64,000 nucleotides of DNA, taken from the NCBI RefSeq assembly GCF_963921235.1, contig NC_086109.1:21144001-21208000 (forward strand). Direction: 5' to 3'. The notes beneath the pieces were generated by a model that was not told the origin of the DNA, ran no database searches, and saw only the letters and a list, made by a program, of their open reading frames with translations. Origin of the DNA: Mobula hypostoma. Its lineage: Eukaryota. A program made the translations under genes and the position numbers. Below are positions 25,644 through 36,586 of this stretch, piece by piece (positions within the stretch are counted from its first letter, which is position 1; each line of letters opens with the position of its first letter).

Positions 25644-26289
25644 GTAAGTACAAGTTTTTTTGTGTGTTCATGTTATGATCAATTTTTCCAAATGCTCTAG
25701 TTGTGAATGTTATCTAGAAATAGGATGGCTGTTCTGATTTAGACCCATTTGGAGTTCTGTAGTCAGTTGTGGTGCTGCACATCAGGAGGGAAGGTAATCA
25801 GCAAGAGTTTAAAGTGTTAAATTATAAGGGTGCATTGCAGATAGTGGTCTTGAGTTTGGAAGGCAGAGGAGTGAAAGAATCTAGGTGAATAAAATGAGTT
25901 CATTGGCAGAGATAATATTTCCTCTATTTGAGGAACAATAAGACATAGTCTTGGAATTGGAGCCAATACATTCATGACTTTCCTGTTCACAAAGATAGTA
26001 GAGATCTGGAAGTCTCTCCCTGAAATGGCTACAATCTTGGAATCACTTGGGCTTTCAAAACTGAGATTGATTGTATCTGTTTGGCTATCAGGATCAAAGT
26101 AGAGGACTAATGCATAAATGGGACTGAGGTACATATCAACATACACAAAATGCCGGGAGAACTCTTCAGGTCAGGCAGCATCTATGGAGGGGAATAAACA
26201 GTCGACGTTTCGGACTGAAACCCTGCATCAAGAAAGGAAAGAAAGGGGACAAAAGTCAGAATAAGAAGGTGTGGCGAGGGGAAGGTCTG

Positions 26290-26680
26290 TCCATGACATC
26301 CTCCACAGCCATGATATGGCCACACTTGTTGTTCGTTCGTCATCGTCAATGAAGACCTTGACACAATTAATGATGATGATGACTAGCGCTTGATTTGAAT
26401 TTAAGTGAAGGAGAGTTGCGCAGCGTCAGCCTCACTCTCTCTTCCCAATTCTCGTCTGGATCCAATGGCAAGACAAGAGTCGAGACAGCTGGAGATGGGA
26501 CTAGGTGCAGTGGATGACCAGGACATCCTCTCTGTCTTGTCATGCTCTACGCATTCCACGACGCTTGCAGAGACCGCCTTCTTGACCGTTGGACCTTCGA
26601 TTGGTCTTGTTCGCTCAATCTGCCGGAGTCTGTTTCACATGCTGGGATAGACAACTCCCTATCTCACAGAGGGTTTGAGA
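26290..26680. mobile_element. Probable RTE-related SINE/5' fragment between Penelope-like pieces (26140-26285, 26680-27050)
   Basis: gatgatgatga microsatellite. Interrupts Penelope-like sequence on both sides. Confidence 0.4.
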
Positions 26681-28629
26681 CTACATTTAGGTTGGAGGAG
26701 AACCCCTCATATTCTATTTGAGTAGCCTCCAATCTGATGTCTAGAATATGAGTTTCTTTAACTTCCTGTAACTTCGCCCCCTCTCCTCTTTTTTCCATTC
26801 CTCATTCTGGTTTCCCTCTCACCCCTTCTCTTCTGCCCTTCAATTTCCTTTGTTTCCCCTCCTTTTTCACTTTCTTCCATGACCCAATGTCCTTTGGACT
26901 AATAGATACTTTCTTCTTCAGCCCCTTCCACCTATCGCCTCCCACCATCTTACTTCATCCCCTCTTCCCCCACTCACCCACCTTCTCCCTCACCTGGCCT
27001 TGCCTATTACCTGACTGTTTGTATTCCTTCCTCTACCTGCCTCTTCATTAAGTTTTAAAATGCTCGAATCTGTGAGTACCCCCATGGCCTCAATCCAACC
27101 CTATCTTTGTCACCTCCTCCAGCTCTACAGTCTCGCAATATCTCTGCATTCCTCCGACGCTGGCCTCCTGTGCAACCCTGTTTTAATTGCATGCCTCCTA
27201 TGGCTCTGCACTGTAGAGTTAGTCCAGATAAAACTGGAATCTGTGCAACAAGAGAGGAAGTGTTAGGACTACTTATCTATACAGAAGCATATATTTCTTA
27301 TGACAGAGAAGGGGGTGCATTCAGCCAATCAACTCCAGATTCACTCACAGAAAAATCCCAACAATCCCATTCTTCAACTTATTTCCTGTAACTTATTCTC
27401 TCACAAATGCCCACGAACTCCACTGTGATTCTCTTACCACCCATCTACAGTGGGAGAACCCTACTTCAGCCTATCCCCTATTGGTGCATCTTTAAATGTT
27501 GGAAGATATTGGAGCAGTTGATGGAAACCATTGAAATGGCAGAAAATGCAAACACCACTAAGACAGAACCAGAGGTCAGGATTGAACGTGACTCATTGAA
27601 CAGTGAGGCCACTGTGCTGTCTGCTTCCTTCTGTGCAGCTTCCCATAGGTGGCCACTCACCCTGTTGCGATACTCAATGCATGGGGGGGATTACTCTGCA
27701 TGAGGCGTCTCAATACAACAGTCCTGCTGTACTGAATGACCATTTCAGATTCAAATACTGCCGACTTATTTGCATGAAACTATGTTCGTCCCGGGAATAT
27801 CAGCAAACTAATTAGCAAGTCACACAAAGAAAGATGAGCACTGTTACCCAAAATCTATGTCAAGGAGGTAGTCATAATCAGAGAGTAGAGAAGGAATTCT
27901 GTAGTAAAGAGCCGAAGAAACATTGATGCCAATAATGAAGCAATAATATCTATCTATCCAGTTAATTAGTTAGTGACAGAGTACAGACATAGACCCTTCC
28001 AGCCCAAGAAGCTCTCATGTCGCCCAATTACACCCATGTGACCAATCAACCTACCAAACTGTAGATCTTTGGAATGCGGGAGCAAACTGGAACAGCCAAT
28101 TATAACTGGGCTGCACGAGAGGCCGGAATTGGAGGAGCATAGGGTTATTGGGAGACCTGCAGAGCTGGAGGGGATGGCAATGATAGGGTTGGAATGAGGT
28201 CAGGGAGGTACTCACAGAATGGTAAAAGTGAGGTGTTATTGGCTTGATATTGTAAGTAGAAATGAAACCAGCTTCTGCGCCTGCACTTTTTCCCAGTTAG
28301 CACCTTCCTGATTAAAACCTTTGGAGTTTGGCCATGCACTATGAGGGAAAGAAAATGCACTTCTCACCCAGGAGAACAGGAACTATGATTGGCTTTGACT
28401 GTGTTCTAGATTACATGCTCAAGAGGCTGGAACGACAGTTAGCAATGGCTTGGTAATGAGATTTTTAGCTTACTCCTCTCAATGGCTGGCATTTACCTTT
28501 CCAAGCAGATAAGCTGCTCCTCCTTGGTCCCTTTTCTCTTCTCACCTGATTTACCCTAGTTCTTCCTACATTCACCTCGGCCCCATCACCCTGTTTCTTT
28601 CCCCTCTTCTACCCACTCCATCTGCCCCC

Positions 28630-28780
28630 ATATCTATCTATCTCTCTTTCTATCTATCTCTCTCTCTCTCTCACACTCTCTCTCTCACACACACACACAA
28701 ACACACCCACCCACCCCTCAAACTGTTCCCATCTGCCCTCCCACCTCCCTCAAACTGTTCCCATCTGCCCTCCCACCTCC
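28630..28780. repeat. Compound (TATC)/(TC)/(CA) microsatellite followed by a perfect 32-bp tandem duplication
   Basis: ccctcaaactgttcccatctgccctcccacct at 28715-28746 and 28747-28778. Confidence 0.9.
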
Positions 28781-29144
28781 CCAGCTTGCTCCTCGCTCTA
28801 CTTTCCTCTCTACCATCTGCAGCCCTTTGTAACCTCCATTTTACCTCCAACCAGCTTGTGTCACCATTTCCACTCTTCCCTTCTCCTGCTTATCACCCCT
28901 CCTTACCTAGATCTACCTACTGTCTACCAGCTCTTATCCCACCCTTTCCCATCACCTTTTGTCAGATGAAGGGTCAAAGAGCCAAAACTTTGACAACCCA
29001 TTTCACTCCACAGAACTGTCTGGCCCTCTGAATTCCTCCAGCATCTTGTGTGTTACTCCAGATTGCAGCAGATGCAGTCTCTTGTGTCTCCAGATCAACA
29101 GTGCGTTATGCAATGCACATGTAAGAAATTGAATGGTTATCCAT

Positions 29145-29630
29145 GACCATAAGACCTAGTAGCAAAATTAGGCCATTCAGTCCATCGATTTTGCTCAGCC
29201 ATTCCATCATGGCTGACTGATTATCCCTCTCAATCCCATTCTCCTACCTTCTCCCCTAACCTTTGACACCCTTACTAATTGAGAACCTATCAATCTTCAT
29301 TTTAAATGTATCCACTGACTTGGCTTCCATAGCTGTCTGTGGCAATGAATTTCACAGATTCACTATCTTCTGGATAAAGAAATTCCCCCTCATTCTAAAG
29401 GGACATCCTTCTATTCTGAGGCTGGGCCCTCTGGTCTGAGATTTCCCTGCTATAGGAAACATCCTTTCCACGTCCACTCTATCTATATTTGATAGGTTTC
29501 AATGAGATCCCGCTACATTTTTCTAAATTCCAGTGATGGCAAAGAGACATCAAACACTCCTCATATGTTAATTCTGTCATTCCGAGGGTCATTTTCGTGA
29601 ACCTCCTCTGGACCCTCTCCAATACCAGTA
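29145..29630 (-). mobile_element. CR1 LINE 3' end
   Basis: gaccataagacctagtagcaaaattaggccattcag..., homologous to 31965-32480. Confidence 0.8.
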
Positions 29631-30224
29631 TGGGCCCTTCCCAATCACCGAGGTAGTGATGATTTTTTTACATCAAGCCCTTCTAGCTCAGTCAGAATCT
29701 TTTGGTCAGTTTTCCCCCATTTGTTAAACCAGTGGGTGTGAGCAGGTATTAGATAGATTGTTCCGCCATGTTCACCACTTTAAAAAAAAACTTGTCAGCA
29801 AAAGCCTTAATTAAATTCACTGCCACAAAGGTTTCATTTTGTTCACAAATATTTTCAATTGAAACAAGTCACCAATCAATGCCCTTGTCATTTGCAAGTA
29901 CGACCCGGCTTGGAAAGGTCCATAGTGATCTGCCACTCATTTATCAAAATAAATTGTATATCAAAAAGCAGCAGCAGAAGCATTGACAGCCAGGGTTGGT
30001 GCACAGTGACAGGTAATGAGCATCCACTCAGAAATATATTGGTTCCCGAGCACAGATTTTATAAATATGTTTCTATTGCTCAACAGCTGTTGCCTTCAGG
30101 GAATTCGAGAATGGGCTCGAGCTAAGTCTAGGCTGGGTAGACTGTGATGTCAGGTTCCCTTCTCTGAAGTACACCTTAAACACCAATTACGTTTCTATGG
30201 TTGCCTGACAACTCTTATGGCCAC

Positions 30225-31900
30225 ATGAAACTGCAGAGCGTTGTGGACACAGCTCAGCACATCACGGACACCAGCTTCCCGTCCATGGACTCTTGTCTAT
30301 TCTTCTCACTGCCTCAGTAGAGCAGCCAGCATAATCAGGGGTTCCACCCACCCCAGGCCTCCTCTCTTCCTTCAGGCGGAAGATACTAAAGCCTGAAAGC
30401 ACCTACCACCAGGCTCAAGGACAGCGTCTATCCCATTGCTGTAAGACTATTAAATTATTCCCTAGTTTGTTAAGATAGACTCTTGATCTCAGAATCTACC
30501 TTGTTATGATCTTGCGCCCTGTTGTTTACCCGCACTGCACTTCTCTGTAGCTGTTACACTTTATTTAGCATTTTATTGTTTTATCTTGCACTACCTCAAT
30601 GCTCTGTGTAATTATTATGATTATGAGGACACGCAGTCCCCTTTTATTGTCATTTAGTAATGCATGCATTAAGAAATGATAAAAATGTTTTTCCAGAATG
30701 ATATCACAAAAACACATGACAAACCGACTTAAAAACTAACAAAAACCACATAATTATAACATATAGTTACAACAGTGCAAAGCAATACCATAATTTGATA
30801 AGAACAGATCATGGAACAGTAAAAGTCTCAAAATCTCTCGAAAGTCCCATCATCTCACGCAGACGGTGAACCTCCAGCACTGCCAACTTGCCAGTGCAGC
30901 ATCCCGGAAGCATCCGACCACAGTCCGACTCCGGGTCCGTCCGAAAAACTCTGAGCCTCCGACCACCTGTTCGACACCAAGCACCATCTCTGCCGAGCAT
31001 TTCGACCCCAGTCCCAGCAACAGGCGATATGCAAAGCTGAGGATTTGGGGCCTTCATCTCCGGAGATTCTCGATCGCACAGTAGCAGCGGCAGCAAAGCA
31101 GGCATTTCAGAAGTTTCTCCAGATGTTCCTCTGCGCTTCACGGCTGTCTCCATCAAATTCGGATTGTGCATGGCACCCCTAGTTACACATATCGATAATG
31201 ATTTGATCTGTAAGAATACATTGGGTGGCACAGTAGCGTAGTGGGTGGCACAGTAGCACAACACTTTACAGTACAGGCGACCTGGGTTCAATTCCTGCTA
31301 CTGCCTGTAAGGAGTTCATACATTCTCCCAGTGACTGCGTGGGTTTCTTCCGGGTACTCCGGTTCCCTCCCACAGTCCAAAGATTGGTCATTGTAAATGA
31401 TCCCATGATTAAATAAATAAATAAAGGCATCCGTTAGTCTTGCGAGACCATGGATCTGCGCCTGGAAAGTCTTCACTCTCCAGGGCACAGGCCTGGGCAA
31501 GGTTGTATGGAAGACCAGCAGTTGCCCATGCTGCAAGTCTTCCCTCTCCATGACACCAATGTTGTCCAAGGGAAGGGCATTAGGACCCATACAGCTTGGC
31601 ACCAGTGTCGTCGCAGAGCAATGTGTGATTAAGTGCCTTGCTCACGGACATAACATGTTCCCTTGGCTGGAGCTCGAACCCACGACCTTCAGGTAGCTAG
31701 TCCAATGCCTTAACCACTTGGCCACGTGCCCACACTCCCATGATTAGACTAGGATTAAATTGGGGGATTGTGGACAGCATGTATCGAAGGGTCAGAAGGG
31801 CCTATTCTGTGCTGTATCTCCATAAATAAATAACTACAAGACAAGCTTTTCACTCTATCTTGGTACACATGACAATAATAAGCTAATTTTGATTCCAATT
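30225..31900 (+). mobile_element. Rex1-like 3' end hosting a CpG-rich element (30612-31200, -) and a V-SINE (31222-31833)
   Basis: Host text reads KLQSVVDTAQHIT... The host tail is split at gtgtaat|...|gatttgatctgta and resumes at 31834 (acaagacaagcttttcact). Confidence 0.7.
31412..31735 (-). mobile_element. tRNA-derived SINE nested in a V-SINE
   Basis: Minus-strand head gggcacgtggccaagtggttaagg (A box)...ggttcgagctcc (B box). (TTTA)n tail. 11-bp TSD TCCCATGATTA at 31401-11 and 31736-46. Confidence 0.88.
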
Positions 31901-31964
31901 CACACCCCTCTTCTGATGATGACTAGATATAAAGAATCTCATGGAATTTGAATTTATAACTCTT

Positions 31965-33420
31965 AGACCATAAGACATAGGAGCAGAATTAGGCCAACTG
32001 GCCCATCGAGCCTTCTCCGCCATTCAATCATGGATGATCCTTTTTTCTATCTCCTCCTCAACCCCAGTTCTCAGCCTTCTCCCCGTAACCTTTTATACCA
32101 TATCCAATCAAGAACCTATCAATCTCTGCCTTAAATACATCCAGTGACCTGGGCTCCACGGCTGCATGTGGCAACAACTTCCACAAATTCACCATCCTTT
32201 GGCTAAAGAAATTACTCACGCATCTCCATTTTGAAAGGGCACCCCTCTCTCCTGAGGCTGTGCTCTCTTGTCCTAGACTCTCCCACCATGGGAGACATCC
32301 TTTTCACATCTACTCTGTCTAGGCCTTTCAATATTCGAAAGGTTTCATGAGATCCCCCTGCATCCTTCTAAATTCCAACGAGTACAGACCCAGAGCCATC
32401 AAACGTTCCGCGTATGATAACCCTCTCATTCCCGGGATTATCCTTGTAAACCTCCTCTGGATCCTCTCCAATGCCAGCACATCTTTTCTAAGATGAGGGG
32501 CCCAAGATTGTTCACAATACTCAAGGTGAGGCCTCACCAGTGCCTTATAAAGCCTCAGCATCACATCCTTGCTCTTGTATTCTAGACTTCTTGAAATGAA
32601 TGCTAACATAGCATTAACCTTCCTCACCACCAACTCAATCTGCAAGTTAACCTTCAAGATGTTCTGCACAAGGACTCCCAAGTCCCTTTGCATCTCAGGT
32701 ATTTGGATTTTCTCCCTGTTTAGAAAACAGTCTGCACATTTATTTCTACTACCAAAGTGCATGACCATATATTTTCTAACATTGTATTTCATTTGCCACT
32801 TTCTTGCTTATTCTCCTAAACTGCCTAACTCCGTCTGCGGTCTACCTGTTTCCTCAACACAACCTGCCCCTCCACCAATCTTCGTATCATCTGCAAACCT
32901 GACAACAAAGCCATCTATTCCGTCATCTCAATCATTTATATACAGCATAAAAGGAAGCAGTCCCAACACTGACCCCTGTGGAACACCACTAGTCACTGGC
33001 AGCCAACCAGGAAAGGATCCTTTTATTCCCACTCGCTGCCTCCTACCAGTCAGCCAATGCTCTAACTATGTTAGTAACTTTCCTGTAATAGCATAGGCTC
33101 TTAACTTGGTAAGCAGCCTCATGTGTGGCACCTTGTCAAAGCCCTTCTGAAAGTCCAAAAATACAACATCCACTGCATCCCCTTTATCTATCCTACTTTT
33201 AATCTCCTCAAAGAATTCCAACTGGTTCATCAGGCAGGATTTTCCCTGAAGAAAACCATGCTGACTTTCTACTATCTTGTCCTCTGTTACCAAGTACTCC
33301 ATCACCTCATCCTTAACAATTGACTTTAACATCTTACCAGCCACTGAGGTCAGGCTAACTGGTCTATAATTTCCTTTCTGCTGCCTTCCTCCTTTCTTAA
33401 ACAGTGGAGTGACATTTGTT
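31965..33420 (-). mobile_element. CR1 LINE, RT domain to 3' end
   Basis: ORFs 33066..33344 (QHGFLQGKSCLMNQLEFFE..DVVFLDFQKGFDKVPH) and 32328..32792. GVPQGSVLG and FADDT motifs on the minus strand near 32883-32990. Confidence 0.93.
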
Positions 33421-34084
33421 CAGCTGGTGAATCATCTGGAAGATAGTAGAACACCATAGTTTTCTAGAACAGCTGCTCCACAGACACTTTGTCAGGCAGA
33501 GTGTGATAACTGGACCCTTGATATTCGAGTGAACCTAAAGCTGAGAGTCAGCCTTTATAACCTCCCAACGGCAAGGTATAACATCACCTGACACCACCCC
33601 CACCTCAGCTCATCTAGACTTGCAGTGTCTTAATAACTAACTATCAATATGTTTAGTGAACTACAATGATACCAGACCCAGATATGTCTTAATTGTTAAT
33701 ATTTTCATTCTGGTGGTCAGCCCATTCTCTGCTCATCTTATTCCCTGTCTCTGTAATCTCCTTGACCTAAGTAACCTTTGAGGAAATCATGCCCTTCTAG
33801 TTCCAGCTGTTTCCATTTTTCCAATTTTCCTGCCCCACTGCTGACAGCTGAGGCATTGGTGAGGATTCCCTCACCAAACCTCTCCAACTCTCCACCATTC
33901 TACCTGTCAAAGCGACTCTTTAGATGTTGTTACAGTCTTTAAATCTGCCATTTGACCAAGCTTTTGGTCTTCATTCTTACTGTTTCCCAATGTGTGGTCA
34001 GTGCCAAATTGTGTCTGATTATACTCCTGATGTGTGTTGCTATGTACTTTGATCCAAGTCTTAACTGGTTAAACAGGACATAAT

Positions 34085-34530
34085 ACAAAGTTCAAAGTAA
34101 ATTTGTTATCAAAGTATGTACAGCATACGTTACCATATACAACATTAAGATTAATTTTCTTGCAGGCACTTACAGGTTAGAAGAAAGAAATACCATAGAA
34201 TTTATGAAAGACTATACAAAAACTGGTAAAGACTGACAAACAACCAATGTGCAAAAGAAGACAGACTATACAAATAAAATAAATAATACTGAGAACATGA
34301 GTTGTAAAGAGTATTTGAAAATGAGTAGGTCGTACAATCACTTCAGAGTAGTGGTGATTGAAGTTATTCACACTGGTTCAGGAGCCTGATAGTTGTAGTG
34401 TAATAACTATTCCTGAACCTGATGGTGTGGTACCTAAGGCTTCTTTACCTCCAACCTGATGGTAGTAATGAGAAGAGAGTAAGGCTTGGATAGTAGGGGG
34501 GGGGGTGTTGATGATGTATGCTGCTTTCTT
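34085..34530 (-). mobile_element. Rex1-like LINE 3' end
   Basis: aaagttcaaagtaaatttgttatcaaagta tail, homologous to 18710-19100 and 42310-42750. Confidence 0.7.
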
Positions 34531-35398
34531 GTTGAATTCTAAGCGCTCCATGGTCGGAATTCAGGGTCCAGCATTTTTAACATAGACCCCACCACCTATG
34601 GCAACTCCTAAATGATTAATGCTGAATCAGTGCGTTCAATCTCTCTAAAAGAAACAGGAATAAATCTGCCCATTAAAATTTTTCTGTTGGAAATCTTTGG
34701 CTAAACACTAACTCACCTTCACTTACCTTATGTTAACAGGGACACTTAACTTCAAAGACTGCAGTAGTATTGGTTGGGATCCTTTGGTTTACTTGAAACC
34801 TATTGATGATTAGTACACGTATCCATTTATAAAATGTCTTAATGAAGGTTAAAACAACGAACAATGTAGAGTTCATCTTCCCAGTCACCAAGGTAGTGAT
34901 GATGTCTTTTACATCAAGCTCCGAGAGATTAAAATTATATCAACTCCATATAAACAATAACTGATGAAATACTGAATGTTTGCTGGGAACTGGTTAATTT
35001 TATGAAAGGATAATCAATCCAAAGAAATATATCAATTGTAAAAAGAGAATTAACACAATACAAATATTTGCAGGCTGATTTTAAAGTTCGTACAGTAAGG
35101 AAAGTGATTTTGCTTATCGAAGTTGAGGGAAAACTGTCCTGTTGGACACTCAGTAGTGAGGGAGCAAGATGCTCACAGATTCTGAACTGACAGAGCATCA
35201 CACTGTGCACGAGTTATGATTGAGGGAATCTGTACAGAGGGAACCTCACACTGTCAGAGACATGCACAGAGGGAGCACCACATTGCTAGAGTGTTAGTAC
35301 CTGTGGAGTGCTGACATATCTTACTAGTCCTGACGGTCGGTGATACAGATATGATTAAGAATATTGTAAAGACAAAGAAAGCTGCTAAAGCATTTAAG

Positions 35399-35605
35399 GA
35401 AACACACATAAAATGCTGAAGGAACTCAGCAAGCCAGGCAACATCTATGGAAAAGAGAAAACAGTCGGCATTTTGGACCAAGGCCTTTCTTCGGGAAGAA
35501 GAGGAGAAGCTTTCCATTGATGCTACCTGGCCTGCTGAGGTCTTCCAGCATTTTGTGTGTGTTTCTTTGGATTTCCAGCATCTGCAGGTTTTCTTGTGTT
35601 TGTAA
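35399..35605. repeat. Fold-back element made of two inverted Penelope-terminal motifs
   Basis: 35399-35453 is the reverse complement (with a few mismatches) of 35511-35565. Confidence 0.8.
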
Positions 35606-35901
35606 AACATTTGAATCTTGTTCATTCAACCTGACCTGTGTATAGACTTAATGCATTAAAATGCACTAGATTGCTTTCCTCTTTTGTAATTTTCATATTA
35701 AAATTTCTTACATATTCAGAGGTTTTCTGAAAGAATCTCCTCATAGGAATGTGTTACTGGCATTGACTTAATGAAGAAGGCATAACTTCAATTCAATAGA
35801 ATTCTTCCACAGTCTTCATTGGATCAGCTTCTGAAATATACTCATGATCACTTAACTTCGTTATTCTCTTGCAACTCTTGCTGGAATTTTAACTTACACA
35901 C

Positions 35902-36586
35902 TTATAACCATATAACAATTACAGCACGGAAACAGGCCATCTCGGCCCTTCTAGTCCATGCCGAGCTCTTACCCTATCCTATTCCCACCGACCTGCACTC
36001 AGCCCATAACCCTCCATTCTTTTCCTGTCCACATATCTATCCAATTTAACTTTAAACGACAACATCGAACCTGCCTCAACCACTTCTGCTGGAAGCTCAT
36101 TCCACACAGCTACCACTCTCTGAGTAAAGAAGTTCCCCCTCATGTTACCCCTAAACTTTTGCCCTTTAACTCTCAACTCATGTCCTCTTGTTTGAATCTC
36201 CCCCACTCTCAATGGGAAAAGTCTAACCACGTCAACTCTATCAATCCCCCTCATAATGTTAAACACCTCTATTAAGTCTCCCCTCAACCTTCTACGCTCC
36301 AAAGAATAAAGACCTAACTTGTTCAACCTTTCTCTGTAACTTAGGAGATGAAACCCAGGCGCCATTTTAGTAAACCTCCTCTGTATTCTCTCAATTTTAT
36401 TGACATCCTTCCTATACTGTAATTCGGTGACCAGAACTGTACACAATATTCCAGATTTGGCCTTACTAATGCCTTATACAAATTCAACATCACATCCCAA
36501 CTCCTATACTCAATGCTCTGATTAATAAAGGCCAGCAAACCAAAAGCTTTCTTCACCACCCTATCCACATGAGATTCCATCTTCAG
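35902..36586 (-). mobile_element. Well-preserved CR1 LINE 3' fragment
   Basis: ORFs 36341..36580 and 35979..36446: LYKALVRPNLEYCVQFWSP...LGLYSLERRRLRGDLIEVF...FFTQRVVAVWNELP. Confidence 0.92.

Noticed and set aside
25441..25647. ORF-track 68-aa ORF over the first TAFA exon
   Set aside because: Wrong frame; it starts inside a Penelope terminus. The real frame starts at ATG 25529.
31660..31735. tRNA-like sequence with A and B boxes
   Set aside because: It is the head of a TSD-flanked SINE, and I could not fold a full cloverleaf or acceptor stem.
32569..33096. Longest ORF in the track (175 aa, +)
   Set aside because: Antisense to the CR1 RT coding region; not a host gene.
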